A DNA stretch of 64,000 nucleotides from an uncultured Candidatus Saccharibacteria bacterium (GTDB lineage: Bacteria > Patescibacteriota > Doudnabacteria > UBA920): assembly GCA_964631145.1 (NCBI GenBank), contig CAZVXT010000001.1, positions 393,237-457,236 of the forward strand. The letters run 5' to 3'. The notes under the pieces are model-generated. The model searched no databases, had not been told where the DNA came from, and saw only the letters and a program-made list of their open reading frames with translations. Both the position numbers and the translations under genes were made by a program. Each line of letters starts with the position of its first letter. Positions within the stretch are counted from its first letter, which is position 1. Of this stretch, positions 37,600-48,770 are shown piece after piece.

Positions 37600-38322
37600 A
37601 TGAAAAAACTGTCCGTAATTATCCCTGCTTATAACGAAGAAAAGCGTATTGCAGAGACATTAACCAATATTGATCAATATTTAGAAAAGCAAGCCTATGA
37701 CTACCAAATTGTAGTTGTGGTTAATAATAGTCATGATAAAACTTATGATGTAGTTAAGGAGTTGGAAGGCACTACTATCCAAAAAGCAACTGCTATGAAT
37801 CTTGTAGAGGGCGGGAAAGGTAATGCTGTAAAAAGAGGTATATTAGAAGCGGCAGATGGAGATGTTGTAATGTTTATGGATGCTGATAATGCTACTCCAA
37901 TATCAGAAATTGAAAAGTTTTTACCATATTTTGACCAAGGCTATGATGTAGTAATTGGATCTCGTTACACTAATCCGGAATTGGTTAAAGTACACCAGCC
38001 AATGTATCGAATTGTATTATCAAGATTAAGTAATTTATTGATACAATTTTTAGCAGTTCCTGGAATCAAAGATACTCAGCTTGGATTTAAAGCATTTACC
38101 AAAGAAGCAGCTCAAAAGATATTCCCTATGGTTACAGTTCTTCGTTGGGGATTTGATATGGAAGTTTTAACTATTGCTCTAGCTAGAGGTTATAAGGTAA
38201 AAGAAGTAGGTGTGTCTTGGACAGAACATGGCGGCGGGCATGTTCCATTAAAAGCTTACATAGAATCATTAATTGATTTATTAAAAATCAAATTTAGATC
38301 TATAACAGGTAAATATAAATAA
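37600..38322 (+). CDS. Polyprenyl-phosphate glycosyltransferase (GT2, ALG5/DPM-like)
   Basis: IIPAYNEE, GKGNAV, MDAD, DTQLGFK, WGFDME. Confidence 0.9.
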   Translation: MKKLSVIIPAYNEEKRIAETLTNIDQYLEKQAYDYQIVVVVNNSHDKTYDVVKELEGTTIQKATAMNLVEGGKGNAVKRGILEAADGDVVMFMDADNATPISEIEKFLPYFDQGYDVVIGSRYTNPELVKVHQPMYRIVLSRLSNLLIQFLAVPGIKDTQLGFKAFTKEAAQKIFPMVTVLRWGFDMEVLTIALARGYKVKEVGVSWTEHGGGHVPLKAYIESLIDLLKIKFRSITGKYK

Positions 38323-38329
38323 ATTTTTA

Positions 38330-40177
38330 ATGATCTTATTTAAGAGAAAAATCGTATCAATCATGCTCGTCACAGTGATGCTGACGGTTTTTTTCTCTAT
38401 ACAGAATGTAAATTTTGCTAAAGCATCAGAAACAAATGAATATATTGTACGTTTAAATATAGGGGAGAGTGCTGATGTTTTATCTAGTTTTCAGGCAGAG
38501 CAATTATTTAAATTTAATCAAAAATCTAAATTATTTGCTGGCGTTTATAAAATCACAACCACACTAGATATTAGTAGCGTCAGGACTATGTTGGCAGGCA
38601 AATATCAAAGCATTCAGCCAAACATCGATTATCAAACATCTGCAATTACAGTTACACAGCTTCCTAATGATCCGGGTTTTACAACTTCATCTACTAACAC
38701 CAATAAACAATGGGGCTTGGTAGCTTCTAATTTTGTTGACGCATGGACAACTTCCACAGGTGATTCTAAAGTTATTGTTGCAGTAATTGATTCGGGGATT
38801 GATTCTACTCATGAAGATTTGATACGTTCTCGTTTTATCGCTGGGTATGATTTTATTAACAATAAAGTTATTGCCCAAAAAGATAATTCTGATGATAATG
38901 GACATGGTACTCTAGTTGCTGGTATTATCGCTGCGACTACTAATAATAGTATTGGTATTGCTGGTGCGGCTCCACAAACATCATTGATGTCTATTAAAGC
39001 TTTAGATAAATCAGGGGTTGGGACTTCTGCAGACATTGCAGAAGCAATAGTGTGGGCAGCAGATAAAGGCGCTAATATTATCAATTTGTCACTTGGTGGC
39101 GTAGGTTTTGCTCATGATAACGTGCTTTCTCAGGCTATTAGTTATGCTTTTGATAAAGATGTTGTGATTGTTGCAGCTGCGGGCAATGATGTGGCTACTA
39201 CTGGAGGTAATTTAGATTTACAACCAGTGTTTCCTATATGTAACGACAATGGTCAAAATATGATCATTGGAGTTACCGCTTTAGATGAAAATAATGTTAA
39301 GCCAAACTTTGCTAATTTTGGTAAAGCTTGTGTCGATGTTGCAGCGCCTGGTAAAAGGATTATGTCTACCATTAACCATGATCCAATAACAGATGTTTAT
39401 GACCCAGATCAGTATGCATATGCTTCTGGAACTTCGCTTGCAGCACCTTTTGTTAGTGCTCAGGCGGCATTGCTAAAAGCCGCGTTTCCACAAGCTAATA
39501 ATAGACAGATTCGAAATCGTATTTTAGCAACAGCAAAGCAGATTGATACTTTGTCTAATAATTGTAGTGGAGGTAGTTGTAGCGGTTATTTGGGTTCAGG
39601 GCTTATAGATGTAGCAAAAAGCTTGAAGGACGTAATTCCTTCCATTGGTGATGGGGACGTTGTAAAAATTTATGGCACCGATACTTGGTACTTAATAAAT
39701 GGTGGAAAGAAACAGTTAATTTCTCCTTTTGTTAGACAACAGCTATACAGCAATGTTCAACCAAAAGTAGTCTTGCTCGATGACTTAACTAAATTTTCTG
39801 AAGGATCTTTTGCTTTACCGAAAAATGGAACTCTTGTAAAAAGCGATAAGGATGCAACGGTATATTATATCGACCAAGGTTTTAAGTTGCCGGTATCTTA
39901 CCAGGTGTTTTTGCTTCGCGGATTTAAATTTACAGATGTAATAACATTGTCGTCAACAGAAGTAAATTCTTGGGTAACTTCTAGTTTTTTAACACCGCCA
40001 GAAGGAAGCTTAATTAGAACACCCAATAATCCGACAGTATATTGGGTGGTTAATCAAAGCTTGCATGCCATTAACTATCAATTTTATATAGCTCGAGGGT
40101 TGCAAATTTTTCCTGTAATTTATACATCCCCAACAGATTTATCTCGCTTTAACAAAGGGGAAAGTTATATTTTGTAA
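38330..40177 (+). CDS. Secreted S8 subtilisin-like peptidase with C-terminal surface repeats
   Basis: VIDSG, HGTLVAG, GTSLAAP triad; three GxLVK..VY repeats. Confidence 0.92.
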   Translation: MILFKRKIVSIMLVTVMLTVFFSIQNVNFAKASETNEYIVRLNIGESADVLSSFQAEQLFKFNQKSKLFAGVYKITTTLDISSVRTMLAGKYQSIQPNIDYQTSAITVTQLPNDPGFTTSSTNTNKQWGLVASNFVDAWTTSTGDSKVIVAVIDSGIDSTHEDLIRSRFIAGYDFINNKVIAQKDNSDDNGHGTLVAGIIAATTNNSIGIAGAAPQTSLMSIKALDKSGVGTSADIAEAIVWAADKGANIINLSLGGVGFAHDNVLSQAISYAFDKDVVIVAAAGNDVATTGGNLDLQPVFPICNDNGQNMIIGVTALDENNVKPNFANFGKACVDVAAPGKRIMSTINHDPITDVYDPDQYAYASGTSLAAPFVSAQAALLKAAFPQANNRQIRNRILATAKQIDTLSNNCSGGSCSGYLGSGLIDVAKSLKDVIPSIGDGDVVKIYGTDTWYLINGGKKQLISPFVRQQLYSNVQPKVVLLDDLTKFSEGSFALPKNGTLVKSDKDATVYYIDQGFKLPVSYQVFLLRGFKFTDVITLSSTEVNSWVTSSFLTPPEGSLIRTPNNPTVYWVVNQSLHAINYQFYIARGLQIFPVIYTSPTDLSRFNKGESYIL

Positions 40178-40224
40178 TAATTTAGTAACCCGATTCTTCT
40201 TAACTAATAATTAAGTATTTGCTT

Positions 40225-42069
40225 ATGCGTAAATTTTCTTTATTTTTTATTTTAATATTACTGTTTAGTTTGGCTGGTATTTTTGCACAAACTACACACG
40301 CACAATTGGATGTTGTACCGGGATTTGACCCAAACAAATTAATTGAAGACAAGGTTTTTGTGGATTCTAAAACATTTGGTGGAGCTCCAGGAATTCAGAA
40401 ATTTTTAGAAAGCAAAAATAGTATTTTGGCTAATACTAGTCCTGATTTCTTGATCAAGCTTAAAGAGCCTAGTAATAACATGCTTAAGCAAGGATTGAAT
40501 GATGGTCAGCCAAATTTGGGGCGCAATAGAACCGCTGCAGAATTGATTTGGGATGCTGCTCAAACAGCAGGTATTAACCCTCAGGTGATTATTGTGATGT
40601 TGGAAAAAGAGCAATCTTTAATTACTGGTAGGCAAACAGCAACACCTGATCAAATACAGAGAGCTTTAGATTTTTCTTTAGGTTTTGGTTGTCCAGATAG
40701 TTCTCCTTGCTCCGATCTTTACCGAGGCTTCTATTATCAACTATTTGGTAATTTTGACGGAGAAAATAACAAGTTTGCTGGAGCAGTTGGATCTTTAATG
40801 AAGTCTTATAATACTGCCGGAGGACGAGGTCCATTTTATAATGGACAAATATCTAAAGTAGGAGATACTATAGTATTAGGAAATACTTTAGGAGGGTTTA
40901 ACGGTGTTCAGCCTCAACAAACTATAACAATAGCAAATTTGGCAACCGCGGCTCTTTATCGTTATACTCCACATGTATTTAATGGAAATTATAATTTTTG
41001 GCGTTTGATGAACTCGTGGTTTAAGTACCCAAACGGTACTCTTATTAGAGCTTCAGGGTCTAGCCAAGTTTGGATGGTGGATGCTGGCGGTAAATTGATG
41101 CTTAATGATTTTGTAATTAGGGTTAGAAATTTAAACGTAGGTGCTGCGGTGGATTTAACTGCTACAGAGTTTGATAATTACCCCGATATGGGGGCGTTGG
41201 GTTTGGCAGATAATACATTGGCGGTTTCAAACGGCAAATATTATCTATTTAAAAACAATAAAAAATTACCTGTTTCTGAATATGTCTTAAAGCAACGTGG
41301 TTTTAATCCACAGACTGCTGTAAATTCTAATGATGTAGAGTTAGGTGCTTATGTAACAGGAGATCAACTTACTCCTGCAGACGGCAGTGTTTTGCGCGGA
41401 CAAACAGATTTAACAGTTTACTTTGTTGAAAATAATGTACTGCGAACTGTTTCTGCATTAGTATTCAATCAACGAGCATTTGCAAAGAAGTTACAGATTA
41501 TTCCTGATGCAGAAATTGCTAGTTATACAAAAGCTGGTTATGTATTGCCAAATCAAGGAACTTTGGTTAAGTCTAATAAAGACCAAACAGTTTATATAGT
41601 TGATAATTCTAGTAAGCGTCCTATGACTGGAACTGTTTTTCAGACTTATGGATTTAAATATTCTCAGATCAATTTAATTAGCGATCAAGAACTTGATGCA
41701 ATCCCAATGGGTGCATTAGCTGCACCAAAAGAAGATACTTATTATCAAACTGCAGGAACTAAATCTTTTTTCTTGTATAAAAATGGTAGTAAACATTATA
41801 TAGCTCCATTTGTAGCAAAGCAAAAGAAAATGACTCCAGATCACACTGTGCCAGAAGCTGATAGTGATGCATGGCAAGCTGGAGATCCAATTTTGCCAAG
41901 AGATGGCACCTTATTTAAAGGCAGTTCTAGTCCGGCTGTTTGTTTGATAGAGAAAGGTAAGCTGCTGGCTTTGTCAGGAAGTGATTTTACAGCTCGTAAA
42001 CTAAGCTTTAAAAATATTTCTATAGTTCCTCAGGCAGAACTTGATAAATTATTATCTTACATAAAATAA
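40225..42069 (+). CDS. Secreted protein with six C-terminal surface repeats
   Basis: Signal peptide, INPQVIIVMLEKEQSL..GFGCPD..YRYTPH domain, GTLVK..VY repeats. Confidence 0.85.
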   Translation: MRKFSLFFILILLFSLAGIFAQTTHAQLDVVPGFDPNKLIEDKVFVDSKTFGGAPGIQKFLESKNSILANTSPDFLIKLKEPSNNMLKQGLNDGQPNLGRNRTAAELIWDAAQTAGINPQVIIVMLEKEQSLITGRQTATPDQIQRALDFSLGFGCPDSSPCSDLYRGFYYQLFGNFDGENNKFAGAVGSLMKSYNTAGGRGPFYNGQISKVGDTIVLGNTLGGFNGVQPQQTITIANLATAALYRYTPHVFNGNYNFWRLMNSWFKYPNGTLIRASGSSQVWMVDAGGKLMLNDFVIRVRNLNVGAAVDLTATEFDNYPDMGALGLADNTLAVSNGKYYLFKNNKKLPVSEYVLKQRGFNPQTAVNSNDVELGAYVTGDQLTPADGSVLRGQTDLTVYFVENNVLRTVSALVFNQRAFAKKLQIIPDAEIASYTKAGYVLPNQGTLVKSNKDQTVYIVDNSSKRPMTGTVFQTYGFKYSQINLISDQELDAIPMGALAAPKEDTYYQTAGTKSFFLYKNGSKHYIAPFVAKQKKMTPDHTVPEADSDAWQAGDPILPRDGTLFKGSSSPAVCLIEKGKLLALSGSDFTARKLSFKNISIVPQAELDKLLSYIK

Positions 42070-42100
42070 TAAACACTTAACTACTTTAGTAGTTGCATAA

Positions 42101-42184
42101 AAAATCAGTATCGTACTCTTTGTAAACTTAAACTCATTAATTTAGAGTTTAAAGAATAGTTTAAAAGAACATGGTACTGATTTT
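42101..42184. other. Long imperfect hairpin between convergent genes
   Basis: AAAATCAGTA/TACTGATTTT outer, TTAAACTC/GAGTTTAA inner. Confidence 0.55.
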
Positions 42185-42232
42185 AAATTTTACTGTTATT
42201 TTATTTAGCTTGATAAATGAAAATGCTGTGTG

Positions 42233-43588
42233 TTATTTAATTAGATTTGTAGACTGGCTTGCTGTCTGAACCAGAGATACTGGAAGTAAGGCTCTAATCT
42301 TTTTTACATATGCCATGGTTTCGCCGCGGAGGTTGGCATTTTTGTAAGTTTCAATTTGTGACTGCAATTGGTTAACAGAAGCGTTTACAATATCTAGTTG
42401 TATTTGTAAATTAGCTTTATCTGCAGCTGCGGCTTTTTTTAGACTAGCTTTTATAGCTACAATATTTTTATTTAGTTCATTAATTTGATTTTGGATATCT
42501 GTGATGCGAAACGAATTATCTTCTGACCAGTTAACGCCAAAATTATTAATTGCTCTAATAACTCGACTGGTACCACCATTATATGCGGCTACGCCGTACT
42601 CAAAAGATAGGTTTGGATCTATGTTTGTTCCAACTTGATTTTTAATTACTGCGATATAGTCATCTAATAGTAAGTAGGTCGCGATGACCGCATTTTTATG
42701 GTCTGCCATCCCTTGAACAAAATCGCTTATCAACCCTACATCTTTATGTCTTGTTACTAAAGTGGCATAAGTCGATGGTATAAATTGAGATAATCCGCTA
42801 GCCGCCGCAGCGCTTATGCTATATTTGTATGTATCTGCTTTGTTTCCTGCAAACAGAACATTAACTTTATCCTTTGCAGACGATGCATTGTTGTTTAGAA
42901 CCTCAGCACTTTCTGTATGCTCAGAATATAGTAAAGCTTTTACTACATCAGAAGAAATAGCCCCGGAAACTGGAACTCCTGGTTGGCTTGCTGATGGGAT
43001 GTTTTGCAAAACATTTTTTGCATCGTTGATCACAGAATCAAGATACTGCTCTCCATATTTTGTAGTTTCTAGAGTATTTAGTTTGGATGAATAGGGGACG
43101 TATATAGCTTCTTTCATTTGGCTAGTTATTGCATCTTTGCTTCCTGATTCTGGACCGGTAATTAGGTATTTTAATGCTACTACAAATCCTCCTGCAGGCT
43201 TGTTTACTTCAAATAAAGAATTAACTCCGTTAAACCTTACTAATTTGATGTCAAAAGATTTATCTGGAAATGTAAATTTTTTATCTACCTGGATAGCTTT
43301 GGTTATTACAGTGTTTTGAGTTTGTGGATTATATATTGCAACCGCTAGCTCTTTAGAGTTAAGTTTGTATCCTGTTAGGGTTTTGGTCGTTTTTTTGGAC
43401 TTTCCTTTCCCTGTAGTTTTATTGGTGTATTGCGGTGATAAGTCGTAATTAAGCTTTATGCTATTTAGCAAGATTTTACCCTGGTCAATAGTATCTATTA
43501 TGCTCAGCTGTGGTGCGCTTTGTGCACTTGCTCTTGAAACATTAATTAAAAATAATATAAAAACAATAAAAATAGTATATTTACGCAT
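42233..43588 (-). CDS. Secreted lytic transglycosylase-like protein
   Basis: Signal peptide, ASGLSQFIPST, AAYNGG, ETMAYV motifs. Confidence 0.75.
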   Translation of the reverse strand: MRKYTIFIVFILFLINVSRASAQSAPQLSIIDTIDQGKILLNSIKLNYDLSPQYTNKTTGKGKSKKTTKTLTGYKLNSKELAVAIYNPQTQNTVITKAIQVDKKFTFPDKSFDIKLVRFNGVNSLFEVNKPAGGFVVALKYLITGPESGSKDAITSQMKEAIYVPYSSKLNTLETTKYGEQYLDSVINDAKNVLQNIPSASQPGVPVSGAISSDVVKALLYSEHTESAEVLNNNASSAKDKVNVLFAGNKADTYKYSISAAAASGLSQFIPSTYATLVTRHKDVGLISDFVQGMADHKNAVIATYLLLDDYIAVIKNQVGTNIDPNLSFEYGVAAYNGGTSRVIRAINNFGVNWSEDNSFRITDIQNQINELNKNIVAIKASLKKAAAADKANLQIQLDIVNASVNQLQSQIETYKNANLRGETMAYVKKIRALLPVSLVQTASQSTNLIK

Positions 43589-43624
43589 ATATTAATTATA
43601 CCATTATTCAGTTATACTTATATT

Positions 43625-45070
43625 ATGTCCACTCCATCAAAAAACATATTTTGGCTTTCAGCTTCAAGAGTTGTTTCTTTAGTATTATTATTTATTGCTT
43701 ATACTCAACTTTTTCGTTATTTAGGAACTTACCAGTTTGGACAGTTTCAGTTTGTCCTATCTTACGTAACTTTGTTTGGCGTTGTGATTGATTTTGGCAT
43801 TCAGCAGTATGTGATAAAGAAAATTAGTGAAGATAGGTCTCAAGCAAAAACATATTTCCATCACTTTTTTGCAGTAGAAGTATTTTTATCTATATTTATA
43901 TATTTGTCGATGGTTTTGGTTGCTTATTTTGCTAATTACGACACTTTGGTAATAAAGGCAATAGCTCTGGCTGGATTTGGCGCGGCCATAAATGGATTAA
44001 CTTATCCATTTTTGGCTGTTATTACAGCTTTTTATGATTTGAAGAAAGCCGCTTTATTAAATTTAATTTCATCTGTCATTAATGTGGCAATGATATTTGT
44101 AACTATTTATACAGGACATGGGATTTTGTTATTGGTGTCCCAGCAGTTTATGTATGCATGTGTGGCATTAATTTTATATTATCAATTCGTTCAAAAATTT
44201 ATAGGACACCCACAGTTATTTAAGGGAATGAGATCAATAGATTTATCTTGGGTAAAAACTATGTTTATCTCTGCTTTCCCTTTTGCGGTATTGGTAGGAT
44301 TTAGCACAGTTTATAACCGCATTGATATGGTGTTGATAGGAAAGATTTTGGGTTATGCTCAAACTGGAATTTATTCGGCAGCGTATAAATTGTTTGATTT
44401 AACATCTTTTTTTCCAGCCGTAGTATCTCATTCTTTATACCCATTATTTGCTAGTTTGATGATTGAGAATAAAATTGTAGAAGTGCGGGCAATTTTAGAA
44501 AAGTATTTGCGTTTTATGATAGCGATAGCGTTGCCTATGGCTACGGGAGGTATGGTTTTGGCTACACCTATTATCAAGTTAGTGGCAGGGCAGGATTTTA
44601 TTGCCGCTGCGCCAGTTTTACAGATATTGATTTGGGCTCCCGCAGTGTTATTTATTTATATTATATTCAACGCCTTAGTAATTTCTCAATTAACTAAATA
44701 TGCCATGGTTATTACTGGAGTCAATGTTTTGGTTAATCTATTGGGAAATCTTATTTTACTTCCAAGAGTGGGGATTGCGGGAGCAGCGATCATGACAGTG
44801 GTATCAGAATTTTTACAAGGGTTGTTTTATTTTTACTTTGTAAGAACTCGAATAACTAATTTTTCATTTTTCAAATATACATGGCAACCTTTTTTGGCAT
44901 CGGCTGTTATGGGTGCTGTGCTATTGATGATAAATCTTCCTTTAATGGTTGAGATTGTTTTGGGAGGATTGGTGTATGCTTTGGCTTTATTAATTTTAGG
45001 TTTTTATAAATCAGAAGATATTGCATTTATAAAGCAAATGTTAGGACGTAATGCGCAAACGACAATCTAA
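43625..45070 (+). CDS. Polysaccharide flippase (Wzx/MOP)
   Basis: About 14 TMs, RYLG..FG, DFGI, GIYSAAYK. Confidence 0.9.
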   Translation: MSTPSKNIFWLSASRVVSLVLLFIAYTQLFRYLGTYQFGQFQFVLSYVTLFGVVIDFGIQQYVIKKISEDRSQAKTYFHHFFAVEVFLSIFIYLSMVLVAYFANYDTLVIKAIALAGFGAAINGLTYPFLAVITAFYDLKKAALLNLISSVINVAMIFVTIYTGHGILLLVSQQFMYACVALILYYQFVQKFIGHPQLFKGMRSIDLSWVKTMFISAFPFAVLVGFSTVYNRIDMVLIGKILGYAQTGIYSAAYKLFDLTSFFPAVVSHSLYPLFASLMIENKIVEVRAILEKYLRFMIAIALPMATGGMVLATPIIKLVAGQDFIAAAPVLQILIWAPAVLFIYIIFNALVISQLTKYAMVITGVNVLVNLLGNLILLPRVGIAGAAIMTVVSEFLQGLFYFYFVRTRITNFSFFKYTWQPFLASAVMGAVLLMINLPLMVEIVLGGLVYALALLILGFYKSEDIAFIKQMLGRNAQTTI

Positions 45071-45494
45071 ACAAAAAACTGTGATGGTTTTTGGAACCTT
45101 TGATTTAATACACCCTGGCCACGAAAACTTGTTTTTACAAGCTAAACAATTATTTGATGAGGTTATTCTTGTGGTATCTGTAGCCAGAGATAAAAACGTA
45201 TTAAAAATTAAAGGAAGGCTTCCAGATAACTCAGAAAAAGTTAGACAAAATCAATTAAAAAATTTAGATATCATAGATAAAGTGATTTTGGGTGCTCTTA
45301 GAGATTATATAAAGCCAATAGTTAAAATTGCTCCAGATGTTATTGCCTTAGGTTATGATCAAATTGCTTATACAGAAAATTTAGAAAAAGATCTGAAATT
45401 ACATGGCTTAAAAACACGCATTATTCGTTTAAAATCTTATAAACCGAGTAAATACAAAACATCTTTATTAAAACAAAAGAAGCTTTCAAAATAG
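45051..45494 (+). CDS. Cytidylyltransferase-family protein (RibL-like FAD synthase)
   Basis: FGTFDLIHPGH, VARD, PDVIALGYDQ. Confidence 0.82.
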   Translation: MRKRQSKQKTVMVFGTFDLIHPGHENLFLQAKQLFDEVILVVSVARDKNVLKIKGRLPDNSEKVRQNQLKNLDIIDKVILGALRDYIKPIVKIAPDVIALGYDQIAYTENLEKDLKLHGLKTRIIRLKSYKPSKYKTSLLKQKKLSK

Positions 45495-45506
45495 AGTTAA
45501 ATTTTT

Positions 45507-45532
45507 TGTTACCTTTTTAGTTTTTTACCGTA
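45507..45532 (+). promoter_or_regulatory. Putative ECF-sigma autoregulatory promoter
   Basis: TGTTAC-N16-CGTA, resembling SigW-type TGAAAC-N16-CGTA, upstream of the ECF gene. Confidence 0.55.
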
Positions 45533-45569
45533 GTATAAACAGATATACTAGGTGGTAAAATAATAATAT

Positions 45570-46106
45570 ATGTCAGACGAACAAATTGTTGCAAAAATTC
45601 AATCAGGATCTGTCGAATCTTATGCGTTACTTTATGATAGATACTTTGATAAGATTTATAAGTTTATATACTTCCGTACTCATCATATGCAAAATGCCGA
45701 GGATTTAGTCGGGCAAACTTTTTTAAAAGGTTATGAAAAACTTTTATCTTTTGACTCAAGTAAAGGTAGCTTCTCGAGCTGGATTTACAAAATCGCTTAC
45801 AATAATTTAGTCGATTTTTGGAGGCTTTCAAAAAATAAAACCGAAGTAGACTTATTGTGGGCAGAGCATGTTTCAGACTCTACAGATATTGAAGAAGGCG
45901 TGGATCTATTAATATTAAGCGAAAATGTGAAAAAAATTATAGAAAATTTGCCGGATATAGAAAAGAGATTATTAACAATGAGGGTATGGGATGAGTTACC
46001 TTATAGCGAAATTTCCGTAATACTAAATAAGAGCGAGGCGGCATTAAAAATGCAATTTTCACGCATCATTGCAAAGCTTCGCTCCAGTATAATCATTAAA
46101 ACCTAA
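45570..46106 (+). CDS. ECF RNA polymerase sigma factor
   Basis: AEDLVGQTF, FSSWIYKIAYN, YSEIS region 4. Confidence 0.92.
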   Translation: MSDEQIVAKIQSGSVESYALLYDRYFDKIYKFIYFRTHHMQNAEDLVGQTFLKGYEKLLSFDSSKGSFSSWIYKIAYNNLVDFWRLSKNKTEVDLLWAEHVSDSTDIEEGVDLLILSENVKKIIENLPDIEKRLLTMRVWDELPYSEISVILNKSEAALKMQFSRIIAKLRSSIIIKT

Positions 46107-46114
46107 TCAATTAT

Positions 46115-47689
46115 ATGAAAAATCCTAATAAAATTTTGCCTACCGATGATCAGGTTGAGCAAATGATTGTTAAGAAACTACAAAACACTGCTCCTAAAGT
46201 AGAATTGCGCAAAGGGTTTAAGGAGCAGCTTAGAGCTAAACTATTAGACCTGTCACCTTTAACAAAAAAACATCCTTTTAATTTTATTAATTATTTTACT
46301 TCAATGAATAAATTTGTTTTGGTACCACTTCTAGTGGTTATAGTGTTGGCAGCTGCAGGCTCTGGATACTGGTTTGCTGTGCGCAATCCTGTTACTCCGG
46401 TGCAGCTGATGAGTAATCTAACTAAGGCTGACTATGCAGTAGCTAGCGTTGGTGATAACTCTTTTGGTTCTCTTAAACAACTTGCGTCTACCAACGTTAG
46501 CGATGCTAATAAAGATGCAGTTGGACAAAAAGAATCTATAAATTATCAGGTAGCTGCTAATACTACTGGTATGGGTGGGGCAGCGGGGATTGCTGCTGAT
46601 ATCGCACCGCCTGGAACAGGTATATATATCCCAGAGTATTATTCATTTGAATATGTTGGTGAGGATATTACAGATTTATTAGCAAAAGATCAACCGGTTT
46701 ATAAAAGAACAAAACAGGATTTATCTAGTAATTATTTAGATCAAATTCTTAGAAATTTTTCTTTTGGGTTAATAGATTTATCTAAGTTAGATGGAGCAAA
46801 ATTGCAAAATTATTCTTTGATCCAGGATCAAGAATATGGATTTTCTTCTTATGTCGATTTGGTAGAACAAACAGTCAGTATAAATCAAAATTGGGAAAAA
46901 TGGCCAAATCCCTATGCTTGTAACGCTGTGCCACCAATTGCTAGCGGTGAGTTTGTTTCTACTACCCCAGCTTGTAATCCTCCAGCACCTTTGGAGTTAA
47001 AAGATATGCCCGAAGATCAAGTTGTTGTGGATGCAGCAAAGGAGTTTTTAAATCGATTTGATGTATCTTTATCTGGGTATGGCGAACCAGTGGTGGATAA
47101 TAATTGGAGGGTTCAGTACGATAATCTAAAATCTAATAAAACTTCTTATGCATACATACCAGAAGTTTTGGACATAGTTTTTCCTTATAACATTGAAGGC
47201 AAGTCTGTCTATGAAGAATATGGCAATATGGCAGGGCTTCATGTAAATTATAGTATTCGAGATAACAAAGTTACTGGTTTTTATGATTTGCGCTCTAGAC
47301 AATATCAACAATCTAAGTATGCTGGTGTAACCGATGCAAATAAAGTGCAACAAATTGCTGAACGCGGTGGGTTTAGAAATTATAATGACTATAATCTTGG
47401 TGATGGTGCCAAAAAAACTATCTTAAAATTACAAACTCCAACAGTACAAATTATGCGTTTTTGGAAGTACGAAAACAATACTAATACAGAATTATTTGTC
47501 CCTGCCTTAGTTTATCCTATAGAAAATAGAGGAAATTACTGGCGTAGTAATGTAATTGTTCCTTTGGTAAACGATGTGTTAGATGGCGAAAACTATCAAG
47601 GAGGTCCTGTACCGTTAAGTGCTGGCGCTGCAAGTGAATCTCCAAAAGTTGTATTGCCTGGATCTTCAGATACCGTAGAGCCAAATTAA
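46115..47689 (+). CDS. Membrane-anchored protein, probable anti-sigma factor
   Basis: FKEQLRAKL N-terminus, single TM, large extracytoplasmic domain, directly after ECF sigma. Confidence 0.65.
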   Translation: MKNPNKILPTDDQVEQMIVKKLQNTAPKVELRKGFKEQLRAKLLDLSPLTKKHPFNFINYFTSMNKFVLVPLLVVIVLAAAGSGYWFAVRNPVTPVQLMSNLTKADYAVASVGDNSFGSLKQLASTNVSDANKDAVGQKESINYQVAANTTGMGGAAGIAADIAPPGTGIYIPEYYSFEYVGEDITDLLAKDQPVYKRTKQDLSSNYLDQILRNFSFGLIDLSKLDGAKLQNYSLIQDQEYGFSSYVDLVEQTVSINQNWEKWPNPYACNAVPPIASGEFVSTTPACNPPAPLELKDMPEDQVVVDAAKEFLNRFDVSLSGYGEPVVDNNWRVQYDNLKSNKTSYAYIPEVLDIVFPYNIEGKSVYEEYGNMAGLHVNYSIRDNKVTGFYDLRSRQYQQSKYAGVTDANKVQQIAERGGFRNYNDYNLGDGAKKTILKLQTPTVQIMRFWKYENNTNTELFVPALVYPIENRGNYWRSNVIVPLVNDVLDGENYQGGPVPLSAGAASESPKVVLPGSSDTVEPN

Positions 47690-47788
47690 TTTATATAATA
47701 AGAAGCTAATTTTAGCTTCTTATTATATTTGCAAAATATTTTTGCCTGACTGTTATAATATAAACACATTTATTTAATTAATTTATAC

Positions 47789-48769
47789 ATGAAAAAATAT
47801 TTAATCATCTTTATTTCTGTAATTGCTATACTGGCTTTGTCTTTAATAGGAGTTTGGTATTTAAAAAGCAACGCGGATTCTAAAGTCAAAAATTCTGCTA
47901 ATCAAAATGGTGGGGAAGTCAACACAGGGCAGCAAACATTAGATGCTCAATATTTAAACATTAAAGAATTAGGTATTAAAATTCCCAAGCCTTTAGAGTT
48001 AGAAGATTTGAGTTATAAGTACGAGCCTGCTAATAAAAACAATAATAACATGGAGTATGTGTATTTTGACTCTCAAAAATTGCATGCACAGATGGCAAAA
48101 ATGAAAGGTTATTCTGCTCCTGATTGCGGTCAGTCTTATACCAATTTATTAGGTTGGATACAAAGATTTAAAACATTTCCTTCATACCCAGAAATGCAAG
48201 AGGGTCCATATGTAACTCCAAGTGAAGATAGTATATATTTTAATGGTTCTTATTTTGAATTTTATTCTCCTCAAGACGGATGTTCTGAATCAGAAGAAAT
48301 TAATAAAGCCGCTTATAATGCTTTTTTAAAGGTTCAAGAAAGCTTTAAAAAATCAGTTGCTGCAGATACAAATGTGCTATTAAGCAAATCTCCGATTGGA
48401 ATAATAGAAGGATCTTTAAGTTATCCATCAGAAGGTATTCCTGATGATATAAAAACTTGTGCTCAAAATATCGATACAAAAAAATACTATTGTATGCCTG
48501 GCAGTTTTATAGATAAGAAGTATAAGTATGAAAACGGCTATCTTATTTATGTACCTGCTGGAAAATACAATGTCTTTTCTTCTGTAAGTAGCAACCCCAC
48601 TAGCAATAACACTTTTAGGGCTTATTATAATAATTATGTAAAGTGTGGATTAAAAGCTGGGTGTAAAGATCATAAATTAATTACAGTAGTTGTGGAAACA
48701 GGCAAGACTGTGTCTGGCATTGATCCATCGGATTGGGATGACCGATCACAATCCAAGGAGTTAAGATAA
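47789..48769 (+). CDS. Membrane-anchored/secreted hypothetical protein
   Basis: N-terminal [16 protein letters not shown] domain. Confidence 0.8.
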   Translation: MKKYLIIFISVIAILALSLIGVWYLKSNADSKVKNSANQNGGEVNTGQQTLDAQYLNIKELGIKIPKPLELEDLSYKYEPANKNNNNMEYVYFDSQKLHAQMAKMKGYSAPDCGQSYTNLLGWIQRFKTFPSYPEMQEGPYVTPSEDSIYFNGSYFEFYSPQDGCSESEEINKAAYNAFLKVQESFKKSVAADTNVLLSKSPIGIIEGSLSYPSEGIPDDIKTCAQNIDTKKYYCMPGSFIDKKYKYENGYLIYVPAGKYNVFSSVSSNPTSNNTFRAYYNNYVKCGLKAGCKDHKLITVVVETGKTVSGIDPSDWDDRSQSKELR

Positions 48770-48770
48770 T

